A stretch of 24,000 nt of DNA from Thermococcus cleftensis (GTDB lineage Archaea > Methanobacteriota_B > Thermococci > Thermococcales > Thermococcaceae): assembly GCF_000265525.1 (NCBI RefSeq), contig NC_018015.1:632322-656321 (forward strand), written 5' to 3'. The stretch's first letter is position 1. Each line of letters starts with the position of its first letter. Positions 17,234 to 23,810 of the stretch are shown in pieces. A model generated the notes under the pieces. The model saw nothing but the letters and a program-made list of their open reading frames with translations. It was not told where the DNA came from and did not search any database. A program made the translations under genes and the position numbers.

Positions 17234-17499
17234 AAAGCCCCGAGGATTTTCCAAAGTGCCGTTTCACACCCATAATATTTGTAATGGTCCAAACTGGCAT
17301 AACTTGGTTCCGGCTTTGTTTTCACTTTTGATGATAGAAAGGATTAAATAATTTGTCGGCATATTTTGTAATGCAATCCCAAATTGAAAGCACAAGTTGT
17401 GGACTGGGAAGCCCATGGGTGTTACCGTTGGGGGAACCGTAACGGTGGCACCGGCTGGAAAGTCAGGAACAGTGTACCCAACCAGGAGGAGGGAGAAAA

Positions 17500-19077
17500 T
17501 TGGACCCTAAGAAGACTGTGGCCGCCATAACGATATCCATTATCTCCCTCTCCATTTTTATGGCGATCCATAATACAACCGCAGAAAACGAACAGGACAG
17601 TATCACCCCCCTTCCCCAATGCAGCATAGTCTACGCCCCCAATTTTACACCGTCCAACTCATGGCACTGGAGCGTTGAGGAGGTTATGAACGGAACAATA
17701 AAGGGTTTTGATGACAGGATTCTGTTCGAGAACACTGATAGACTGGAAAGGGAGGACTGGCCGTCTGCACTGGGCATAGAGCCGCCCTGCTTCATGGCAA
17801 AGGGGGCGCTCCACATTGATGGAGAAAACGTGGGGACAACATACCGGCCGGTGGTGGGGTTCACCGAATATTACGGGGTGGAGAACGCCACAATGCCCAA
17901 AGGCGAGGTGTACCTGGCACACTACGCAGTACCGACCGCCGGGGCGATATGGAGGATTAGGGAGTACGGGGTTTACCCCGAAGATAGAGCCAGAGAAGAA
18001 ACACCGGTAGCTGAATGCAACTGCTCCCGGGAAGAGGTTATAAAAGCCACACTGGGGAGAATCGAGAAGGGAGGCTTCATTGAGATTGAATCGAGCCTAA
18101 AAACCAGCGAAAACAATTGTTTTGAGCTTATCGCCTCCAGGCTGTACAAAGGGCCGGAGGGCTACCTCTACGTCGAGTTCGCGAGGGTTAGGGGACTGGA
18201 CCTAATCAGGGTTCTCATGGTAATGGGAAGGGAGCGGGGGGTGGTTGAGGCCTACTCGAGGGCCCTAAGCGCCGGTGGCCCCTTAGAAGAAGTTAATGCG
18301 GGATCCTGGCCTGAACACCCGAACATGTCCGCCTGCAAACTCAGTATGAATCCGGAATTTACCCCCGTTAATGCCTGGGCCGGCTGGAGCGTCAGGCGTC
18401 CTCTGGGAAATCTGTACGTGGAATACAACGACGGTCTAACCATCATGCCCCAGTTTTCCCCGAAAAACGTCAGCTCGGAGAATCCTCCAGGAGCTTTGTA
18501 CGGTGTGGACTGGCCCTCTAGAATTGGGATAACCCCCAAATGCGCGATAGCCGGTAGCCAGGTAGCCTTTGTGACCTGGAACACCGAAAACGCCACGGGA
18601 GCATTCTGCCCCACGGTGAGAAACAAGCTATGTGCCATTAACAGGCAATCTCCCCTCCTGCCAGGGGGAAAGGTGTACCTGGCCACGTACGTGATACCCC
18701 GGGCCAACACAACATGGGTAATTCAGGAAAACCTCGCCTGTAGGGGGTGGAACAACTTTCTGGAGCCGGCAACCTGCGGGAAAAGGGAGACAACAATAAG
18801 GGGGGCCTGCACCTGTCCCATCGGGACCGTTATCGACCAACTCGGGGACGCGATAAATGCGGCAGGATTTGAAGAAGTCTCCCTGGAGAAAAAACCCGTT
18901 GAGAACGATTACTTCAGGCCGCTCAGCGTCAAGCTCTACCGCAAAGAGGGCCAGTACCTCTACGTGGAGTTCGCCGAGGTCAAGGGCATGGACTTGGTCA
19001 GGGTCCTCATGATAATGGGCAACGAAACGGTGGTAAAAGCCTACGCGGAAGCCTTCACCGCCGGCCACTCAAAATAG
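17500..19077 (+). CDS. N-terminally anchored, Cys-rich extracellular protein made of two tandem homologous ~240-aa modules (no family recognised)
   Basis: TTG 17500 sits 5-8 nt after AGGAGGAGGGAG. The N-terminus TVAAITISIISLSIFMAI is a hydrophobic anchor. About 10 N-x-S/T sequons and 13 Cys are present. Residues ~38-262 and ~276-525 align with each other (see findings). Confidence 0.7.
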   Translation: MDPKKTVAAITISIISLSIFMAIHNTTAENEQDSITPLPQCSIVYAPNFTPSNSWHWSVEEVMNGTIKGFDDRILFENTDRLEREDWPSALGIEPPCFMAKGALHIDGENVGTTYRPVVGFTEYYGVENATMPKGEVYLAHYAVPTAGAIWRIREYGVYPEDRAREETPVAECNCSREEVIKATLGRIEKGGFIEIESSLKTSENNCFELIASRLYKGPEGYLYVEFARVRGLDLIRVLMVMGRERGVVEAYSRALSAGGPLEEVNAGSWPEHPNMSACKLSMNPEFTPVNAWAGWSVRRPLGNLYVEYNDGLTIMPQFSPKNVSSENPPGALYGVDWPSRIGITPKCAIAGSQVAFVTWNTENATGAFCPTVRNKLCAINRQSPLLPGGKVYLATYVIPRANTTWVIQENLACRGWNNFLEPATCGKRETTIRGACTCPIGTVIDQLGDAINAAGFEEVSLEKKPVENDYFRPLSVKLYRKEGQYLYVEFAEVKGMDLVRVLMIMGNETVVKAYAEAFTAGHSK

Positions 19078-19082
19078 CGGCA

Positions 19083-19102
19083 TCTCATTTTCTCTCATTT
19101 TC
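19083..19102 (+). terminator. Tandem TCTCATTTTC x2, a probable oligo-T terminator after the 525-aa gene
   Basis: An exact 10-nt tandem duplication, each copy carrying a T4 tract, begins 6 nt after the stop codon. Archaeal termination uses oligo-T tracts. Confidence 0.4.
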
Positions 19103-19153
19103 AGCACCCCTCCCCAGGTTCGTGAATCCGATCACCCACCCAACGCTTGTTAC

Positions 19154-19175
19154 TTTTGACATTTATCAGTCAAAA
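19154..19175. promoter_or_regulatory. Perfect 7-bp inverted repeat TTTTGAC-N8-GTCAAAA abutting the TATA box of the purine permease gene
   Basis: Read directly from the sequence. A TATA-like CCTTTAAAAAA follows at 19178-19188, about 45-50 nt upstream of ATG 19232. Confidence 0.4.
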
Positions 19176-19231
19176 AACCTTTAAAAAACCAAGTTATTAG
19201 GCAGAAACAAGTCAAATACGGGGTGAGGCTC

Positions 19232-20569
19232 ATGGGGTGGTTCGAGAACTACTTCGAGTTTGATAGGCACGGCACCGACATGAGAACCGAGATTCTGGCG
19301 GGTGTTACGACCTTCATGACCATGGCCTACATTCTCTTCGTGAACCCAGCCATACTCAGCGATGCCATGGGCAAAGAAGCTTTTAGCTCGCTCGTAGCTG
19401 TTACCGCTCTCTCGGCTGGTTTCGCAACGATCCTCATGGGGCTGTACGCCAAGAAGCCCTTCGCCCTCGCGCCGGGAATGGGACTGAACGCTTACTTCGC
19501 CTACAGCGTTGTCCTTGGAATGGGCTACGACTGGAGGGTGGCGCTCGCTGCGGTGTTCGTTGAAGGTTTAATCTTCATAGTCCTCAGCGTCACAAAGGTG
19601 AGGAGCGCGGTAATCCACGCGATACCCATAAGCCAGAAGTACGCGATAGGTGCCGGTATAGGCCTCTTCCTGACCTTCATCGGCCTGAACGACGTCGGCC
19701 TGCTCACCGCCGTGGTGAACGACGCGGGGGTGCTCCAGTTCACCGGCCTCAACACCGCCGCACTGACCAGCGGGAAGATACTGCTCTTCTTCTTCGGCCT
19801 GTTCCTGGCGATGGTTCTCATATCCCTCCGCGTCAAGGGCTCGCTGCTCATCTCAATCCTCGCCACGAGCGTCATCGGCTGGGTCACCGGGATCGCCCCC
19901 TGGCCGGACCAGCTCTTCTCAACGCCCGACATCAGCTACACCTTCATGCAGATGGACCTCAAGGGACTCCTCAACGTCGGGGCGCTCGGGGTTATCTTCG
20001 CCTTCTTCATGGTGGACTTCTTCGACACCCTGGGAACGGTAACAGGCCTGAGCGCCAAGGCGGGCTTTCTAACCAGGGACGGAAAGGTTCCCGACGCCGA
20101 GAAGATACTCCTCACCGACGCGATAGGAACGACGGTTGGAGCGATTCTCGGAACTTCCACCGTCACAACCTACATCGAGAGCGCCGCTGGTATAGAGGAG
20201 GGTGGAAGAACCGGAATGACGGCCCTCGTTACCGGCCTGCTCTTCCTCGGAATAGGACTCTTCATAGCACCGCTGGCCGGGGCCATACCGGCCTTTGCAA
20301 CGGCTCCGGCACTCGTCATAGTGGGTTACTACATGCTCAGCGCCATAAAGGAAGTGAACTTCGCAGACCACACAGAGGCTATTCCCGCTTTCCTTGTGCT
20401 CATAACCATACCCTACACCTACTCGATAGCGGACGGAATAGGCATCGGCTTCATCAGCTACACGATACTCAAGATCTTCAGCGGCAGGAGGGACGAGGTG
20501 CACCCGCTGATGTACGCCCTCTCGATAATCTTCCTGGCCTACTTCGCCTACCTGGGTGGGGTCTTTTGA
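19232..20569 (+). CDS. NCS2/AzgA-family adenine/guanine/hypoxanthine permease
   Basis: The N-terminal signature FEFDRHGTDMRTEILAGVTTFMTMAYILFVNPAIL is typical of the AzgA/PurP family. There are about 12-13 hydrophobic segments. ATG 19232 is preceded by GGGGTGAGG; the track's GTG is at 19223. Confidence 0.9.
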   Translation: MGWFENYFEFDRHGTDMRTEILAGVTTFMTMAYILFVNPAILSDAMGKEAFSSLVAVTALSAGFATILMGLYAKKPFALAPGMGLNAYFAYSVVLGMGYDWRVALAAVFVEGLIFIVLSVTKVRSAVIHAIPISQKYAIGAGIGLFLTFIGLNDVGLLTAVVNDAGVLQFTGLNTAALTSGKILLFFFGLFLAMVLISLRVKGSLLISILATSVIGWVTGIAPWPDQLFSTPDISYTFMQMDLKGLLNVGALGVIFAFFMVDFFDTLGTVTGLSAKAGFLTRDGKVPDAEKILLTDAIGTTVGAILGTSTVTTYIESAAGIEEGGRTGMTALVTGLLFLGIGLFIAPLAGAIPAFATAPALVIVGYYMLSAIKEVNFADHTEAIPAFLVLITIPYTYSIADGIGIGFISYTILKIFSGRRDEVHPLMYALSIIFLAYFAYLGGVF

Positions 20570-20589
20570 TTTCGTTTTCTTTATTTCTT
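20570..20589. terminator. T-rich tract between the convergent permease and dtxR genes
   Basis: TTTCGTTTTCTTTATTTCTT immediately follows the permease stop codon. Confidence 0.35.
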
Positions 20590-20612
20590 GAATGAACTAA
20601 AAGTTTGGAAAA

Positions 20613-21059
20613 TCACTCCGACTTCGCGTTCTCGGCCAGCTTCTCTTTGAGGAACTGCTTGAGCACGTAGGGGCACTGCTCCTGAATGAACTGGGCGAAC
20701 TCCCTTATCCTGTTAACCGTTATTTCACTCACGTAGTGCTCAAACTGGCAGGCGTCGCGTTCCGCTATCTCGGGGGGAATTCCAAGGATATCGATGAAGA
20801 ACTGAGTAAGGAGCAGGTGCTTGGAGTACGTCTCCTCCGCTATAGCCTTTCCCGCGTCGGTGAGGAGGATCCTGTCGTACTTCTCGTACTCGACCAGCCC
20901 CTTGCTGGCGAGCTTCTTGAGGGCATCGACCACGCTCGGCGGCTTGACGCGCATCATTTTAGCTATGTCCTTAACCCGAATGACCCCCTTGTTTTTATGG
21001 AGAATGTACATGGTCTCCAAGTATTCTTCTTCCCTCTTGCTTACCTCCAACGGCCTCAC
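20613..21059 (-). CDS. DtxR/MntR-family metal-dependent transcriptional repressor
   Basis: The N-terminal SKREEEYLETMYIL and a winged-HTH (IRVKDIAKMMRVKPPSVVDALKKLASKGLV) are followed by a dimerisation/metal-binding region with FEHYVS. The likely real start is TTG 21050 (MEVSKREEEYLE), 3 nt after AGGTGAGG. GTG 21059 is the track start. Confidence 0.88.
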   Translation of the reverse strand: MRPLEVSKREEEYLETMYILHKNKGVIRVKDIAKMMRVKPPSVVDALKKLASKGLVEYEKYDRILLTDAGKAIAEETYSKHLLLTQFFIDILGIPPEIAERDACQFEHYVSEITVNRIREFAQFIQEQCPYVLKQFLKEKLAENAKSE

Positions 21060-21104
21060 CTGATTAGGCTACCCAAAAATGTTTAAGTAGTTTTCGCAGC
21101 AGGG

Positions 21105-21128
21105 GAAACTTTGCCTGCGCAAAGTTTC
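21105..21128. repeat. Perfect 10-bp inverted repeat GAAACTTTGC-CTGC-GCAAAGTTTC upstream of the dtxR promoter region
   Basis: Read directly from the sequence. It lies about 45-70 nt upstream of the dtxR start on the minus strand. Confidence 0.7.
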
Positions 21129-21221
21129 ATCAAAGTTAGCAACTCTTTTCAAAGAGCGTTCTTTAGCAACGTGATTCCTCAAACCCAACTCCAGATAAAG
21201 AAATCCGCTTCAAACACCAAT

Positions 21222-21323
21222 CTTTCAAGGAGTTTCCCTTTTTGACGCCCTTCGGGCATCGATCTAAAAGTGAACTCCCACATGTCATCAACTCGAGAGC
21301 TACAAACTTCTGTGAAACGTTTT
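21222..21323 (+). repeat. Copy A of an imperfect bipartite direct repeat flanking tRNA-Lys (module 1 at 21222-21281 with a hairpin at 21244-21260; module 2 at 21297-21323)
   Basis: By hand alignment, CTTTCAAGGAGTTTCCCTTTTTGACGCCCTTCGGGCATC...AACTCCCAC and GAGCTACAAACTTCTGTGAAACGTTTT match copy B at roughly 70-80% identity. Confidence 0.6.
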
Positions 21324-21374
21324 CTAAAAGCCTCCTTTGATGAAGCTTTAGGGGACAAATTTTCGGGGCAAAGC

Positions 21375-21382
21375 TTATAAAA
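21375..21382 (+). promoter_or_regulatory. BRE/TATA (CAAAGC-TTATAAAA) promoter of tRNA-Lys
   Basis: The TATA box is centred about 31 nt upstream of the mature tRNA 5' end (21410) and is preceded by a purine-rich BRE-like CAAAG. Confidence 0.55.
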
Positions 21383-21409
21383 TCTCCCGGCCGTTATCCC
21401 ATCGGGCGT

Positions 21410-21487
21410 GGGCCGGTAGCTCAGCCTGGTTAGAGCGCGGGGCTTTTAACCCCGTGGCCGCGGGTTCGAATCCCGTCCGGCCCGCCA
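21410..21487 (+). tRNA. tRNA-Lys (anticodon UUU), with encoded CCA
   Basis: Hand-folded cloverleaf. The acceptor stem GGGCCGG pairs with CCGGCCC. The D arm is GCTC/GAGC. The anticodon stem is CGGGG/CCCCG with loop CTTTTAA. The T arm is GCGGG-TTCGAAT-CCCGT. The discriminator is G, followed by CCA. Confidence 0.93.
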
Positions 21488-21509
21488 CACAAAATTCCTC
21501 CATTAATGC

Positions 21510-21681
21510 CTTTCTCAAGGAGTTCCTCTTCTTTGACGCTCGAAGGGCGTCTTTTTAGAGTTAAACCCACTCACAAGAAGCGCCTAATGGGTTCTCCCTC
21601 TCTAAAATTGACTTAAAGCAGGTAAACCTCCGTAATAATCCACACCTCAAAAAGGAGCTACAAACTTTCCGTCAACGCTTT
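21510..21681 (+). repeat. Copy B of the bipartite direct repeat (module 1 at 21510-21570 with a hairpin at 21535-21551 followed by T5; module 2 at 21655-21681), with ~85 nt of extra sequence between the modules
   Basis: CTTTCTCAAGGAGTTCCTCTTCTTTGACGCTCGAAGGGCGTCTTTTT...AAACCCAC and GAGCTACAAACTTTCCGTCAACGCTTT align to copy A in the same orientation. Confidence 0.6.
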
Positions 21682-21703
21682 GCGAAGCAAAGGGTTGTTA
21701 GAA

Positions 21704-21781
21704 TGGCGCCCGGGTCGGGATTTGAACCCGAGTCACGGGAGTGACAGTCCCGTATGATGGGCCTGGCTACACCACCCGGGC
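21704..21781 (-). tRNA. tRNA-Asp (anticodon GUC), with encoded CCA
   Basis: The reverse complement reads GCCCGGGTGGTGTAGCCAGGCCCATCATACGGGACTGTCACTCCCGTGACTCGGGTTCAAATCCCGACCCGGGCGCCA. The acceptor stem is GCCCGGG/CCCGGGC. The anticodon stem is CGGGA/TCCCG with loop CTGTCAC. The T loop is TTCAAAT. Confidence 0.93.
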
Positions 21782-21787
21782 GTTTGA

Positions 21788-21912
21788 GTGGCCGGCGGCG
21801 TCCCCGGTTTCCCGCCCCCTCTCGGAGGGCAGTACACCCGGGATCGCTGGCGGGCTTAACTTCCGGGGTCGAAACGAGACCGGGTGTGACCCCGCCGCTA
21901 TGACCGCCGTAC
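21788..21912 (-). rRNA. rrf: 5S ribosomal RNA
   Basis: The reverse complement reads GTACGGCGGTCATAGCGGCGGGGTCACACCCGGTCTCGTTTCGACCCCGGAAGTTAAGCCCGCCAGCGATCCCGGGTGTACTGCCCTCCGAGAGGGGGCGGGAAACCGGGGACGCCGCCGGCCAC. This is the canonical archaeal 5S layout, about 125 nt with pairing termini. The ends are approximate to +/- 3 nt. It lies 6 nt upstream of tRNA-Asp on the same strand. Confidence 0.9.
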
Positions 21913-21935
21913 CGGTACAGACCTCCCGACTTGAG

Positions 21936-21943
21936 TTTATAAA
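21936..21943 (-). promoter_or_regulatory. Palindromic TATA box TTTATAAA for the 5S rRNA/tRNA-Asp unit
   Basis: It is centred about 27 nt upstream of the 5S 5' end (21912) on the minus strand. Confidence 0.55.
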
Positions 21944-22003
21944 GTTTACGGTCAGGGAAAAGGTTATAGTGATGCCCCGCGAGGGAGTAGGGAGGGTGAT
22001 AAA

Positions 22004-22609
22004 ATGGGACTGCTGGAAGACAAGGCTCTGGTCGAGGCCGCCCTCTTCGTTTCTGGCAGGCCGCTCAGCGTGAAGGAGCTGTCGAGGGCGCTTGGCATAA
22101 GGTCCCTCGACTACCTGGAGAAGCTAATCGAGCTTATAGCGGCCGAGTACGCCGAGAGGAAGAGCGCCATAGAGGTCGTCAGGGTTCTGGGTGACAAGTA
22201 CGTCATGCAGGTGAAGCAGGAGTACAGCCAGCGCGTGGTTCACCTGATGCCGAGGCCCGACCTCAGAACCGGTGAGCTGAAGACGCTCGCTCTCATAGCC
22301 TACCTCCAGCCGATAGAGCAGAGCAAGGTCGTCAAGCTCAGGGGGAGCCAGGCCTACGAGCACATAAGGAAGCTCCTGGAGATGGGCCTCATCTACGCCG
22401 AACCGTACGAGAGGACTAAGCTCCTCGGAACAACGCCGAAATTCGCCGAGCTATACGGATTCCCCGAGAACGATCCCAACATCATAAAGGAGGCCTTCAG
22501 AAAGGTGGTTCACGCGGAGTACAGCGACCTCATAGCGAAGCTCGACGGAAAGGACCAAAAAAGCACAACCGAAGAAACCACCGAGACGGCCCCAGAGGCA
22601 GGTAGATGA
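22004..22609 (+). CDS. scpB: Segregation and condensation protein B (ScpB, SMC-kleisin partner)
   Basis: The N-terminal LVEAALFVSGRPLSVKELSRAL and the second winged-helix region LKTLALIAYLQPIEQSKVVKLRG are typical of ScpB. ATG 22004 follows GGGAGGGTGATAAA. Confidence 0.88.
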   Translation: MGLLEDKALVEAALFVSGRPLSVKELSRALGIRSLDYLEKLIELIAAEYAERKSAIEVVRVLGDKYVMQVKQEYSQRVVHLMPRPDLRTGELKTLALIAYLQPIEQSKVVKLRGSQAYEHIRKLLEMGLIYAEPYERTKLLGTTPKFAELYGFPENDPNIIKEAFRKVVHAEYSDLIAKLDGKDQKSTTEETTETAPEAGR

Positions 22610-22633
22610 TTTCCCCTCTGTTTTCCCGTTTCG
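22610..22633 (+). terminator. T-rich tract after scpB
   Basis: TTTCCCCTCTGTTTTCCCGTTTCG starts directly after the stop codon. Confidence 0.35.
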
Positions 22634-22694
22634 GGTCGAAGGAGAAAAAGAACCGCCCGTTTGGGGAAAGGCCCCTCACAGGGTTGGAGAAAGG

Positions 22695-22702
22695 TTTAAA
22701 TA
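22695..22702 (+). promoter_or_regulatory. TATA box (TTTAAATA) of the RPA operon
   Basis: An A/T box preceded by AAAGG lies about 35-40 nt upstream of ATG 22736. Confidence 0.45.
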
Positions 22703-22735
22703 CCCCGACCCACAATTACCATTAAGGTGAGTGTT

Positions 22736-23809
22736 ATGGGGGTACTGACAAAAGAGCAGATCGTGGAGAAGATTGAGAGGGAACGCGGCCTCTCGAGAGA
22801 TGAAATCGAGGGGAGAATATCGCAGATAGTGGCGAGAGAAGGCATATCCGAGCACGCCGCGGCCCTGATGCTGGCCGAAGAGCTTGGAATAAACGTAGAA
22901 GGAGAAGATGAGCTTCTCCACATAACCGACCTGGTTCCGGGAATGACCGGCGTGAACATCGTTGCGAGGGTTATGAGGAAGTACCCTCCGAGGGAGTACA
23001 GGAAGAGGGACGGCTCCACGGGACAGGTGGCAAACCTGATAATCTATGACTCGACCGGTAAGGCCAGGCTCGTCCTCTGGGACGGCCTGGTGAGCAAGTA
23101 CTACAACGAGCTGAACCCGGGCGACGTGATAAAGGTAATCGACCCCAGCGTGAGAGAGGGGAGGGGCGGAATCGAGCTCCACGCCAACTTCAGAACGAGG
23201 ATAATCCTCAATCCAGAGGACCCACGCGTCGATGAGATACCGCCGCTCGAGGAGGTCAGGAGCTACAACTATCAGAGGAGGAAGATAGGTGAGCTGATGG
23301 GCGGCGAGAGGTTCGTTGAGGTTCGTGGAACCATAGCCAGACTCTACCGCGTTACGGTTTACGACGCCTGTCCCGAGTGCAGGCGGAAGGTGGACTACGA
23401 CCCGGCCACTAACTCCTGGATCTGCCCGGAGCACGGGGAGGTCAAGCCTGTCAAGATCACCATAATAGACTTCGGCCTGGACGACTCAACGGGCTACATA
23501 AGGACCACCCTCTTCGGCGACGACGCGGCCGAACTGATAGGTGAGGACCCGGAGGAAATAGCTGAAAAGCTCAGAGAGCTCGTCGAGGGCGGCCTCACCA
23601 TGAGGGAGGCCGGCAGGAAGCTGGCCGAGGAGAACTACTACCACCTCCTCGGGAGGGAGATAGTGGTCAGGGGCAACGTCGTGGACGACAAGTTCCTCGG
23701 GCTTATCCTCAAGGCCTTTGGCTGGGAGGAGGTGGACCCGAGGAGGGAGATAGCAAGGGTCAGGGCGGAGCTGAGAAAGGCCATAGCCGAGCTCGAGGGT
23801 GGTGAGTGA
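22736..23809 (+). CDS. rpa41: Replication protein A large subunit (RPA41-type, with OB folds and a zinc finger)
   Basis: The N-terminal helical domain (ISEHAAALMLAEELG), an OB fold (VNIVARVMRKYPPREYRKRDGSTGQVANLIIYDSTGKARLVLWD) and a C4-type zinc motif (CPECRRKVDYDPATNSWICPEHG) match the architecture of Pyrococcus/Thermococcus RPA41. ATG 22736 follows AAGGTGAG; the track's GTG is at 22727. Confidence 0.9.
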   Translation: MGVLTKEQIVEKIERERGLSRDEIEGRISQIVAREGISEHAAALMLAEELGINVEGEDELLHITDLVPGMTGVNIVARVMRKYPPREYRKRDGSTGQVANLIIYDSTGKARLVLWDGLVSKYYNELNPGDVIKVIDPSVREGRGGIELHANFRTRIILNPEDPRVDEIPPLEEVRSYNYQRRKIGELMGGERFVEVRGTIARLYRVTVYDACPECRRKVDYDPATNSWICPEHGEVKPVKITIIDFGLDDSTGYIRTTLFGDDAAELIGEDPEEIAEKLRELVEGGLTMREAGRKLAEENYYHLLGREIVVRGNVVDDKFLGLILKAFGWEEVDPRREIARVRAELRKAIAELEGGE

Positions 23810-23810
23810 G

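Noticed and set aside
16433-17254. 273-aa ORF antisense to the ABC ATPase gene
   Set aside because: The same reasoning applies. The sense strand carries unambiguous Walker A and B, signature and H-loop motifs.
17329-17334. TGATGA (C-box-like), considered as a possible C/D box sRNA in the long intergenic region
   Set aside because: No CTGA D or D' box and no second C' box occur within the following ~70 nt on that strand, so the C/D architecture is not present.
17415-17510. 31-codon upstream ORF (MGVTVGGTVTVAPAGKSGTVYPTRRREKIGP) before the 525-aa gene
   Set aside because: It has no SD and a low-complexity product. It overlaps the strong SD and TTG start of the main gene. There is no evidence beyond being open.
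21062-21076. GATTAGGCTACCCAA next to the dtxR start, vaguely reminiscent of the bacterial DtxR box TTAGGTTAGCCTAACCTAA
   Set aside because: Only one partial half-site (TTAGGCTA) matches and there is no dyad partner. This is too weak to call an operator.
21338-21343. TGATGA upstream of tRNA-Lys, plus minus-strand TGATGA sites near 21127 and 21286, considered as C/D box sRNA candidates
   Set aside because: No matching CTGA D boxes occur at the required spacing on either strand.
21283-21381. 32-codon ORF (MSSTRELQTSVKRFLKASFDEALGDKFSGQSL) whose ELQT..RF..K segment also appears when copy B of the repeat is translated
   Set aside because: The copy-B frame has no start codon and reads straight into the antisense of tRNA-Asp. 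The copy-A ORF ends in the tRNA-Lys TATA box. The similarity is explained by the nucleotide repeat itself.
21788-21912. A GC-rich structured segment, first considered as SRP (7S) RNA or RNase P RNA
   Set aside because: It is only about 125 nt long. Its reverse complement reads as a canonical archaeal 5S rRNA (GTACGGCGGTCATAGC...GCCGCCGGCCAC), so it was called 5S instead.
21741-22073. 110-aa plus-strand ORF from the track
   Set aside because: It runs antisense across tRNA-Asp and the whole 5S rRNA gene. Its open frame is a by-product of GC-rich structured RNA sequence. It also overlaps the well-supported scpB start.
22676-23434. 252-aa ORF antisense to RPA41
   Set aside because: It lies antisense to a gene with clear OB-fold and zinc-finger motifs and has no recognisable features of its own.
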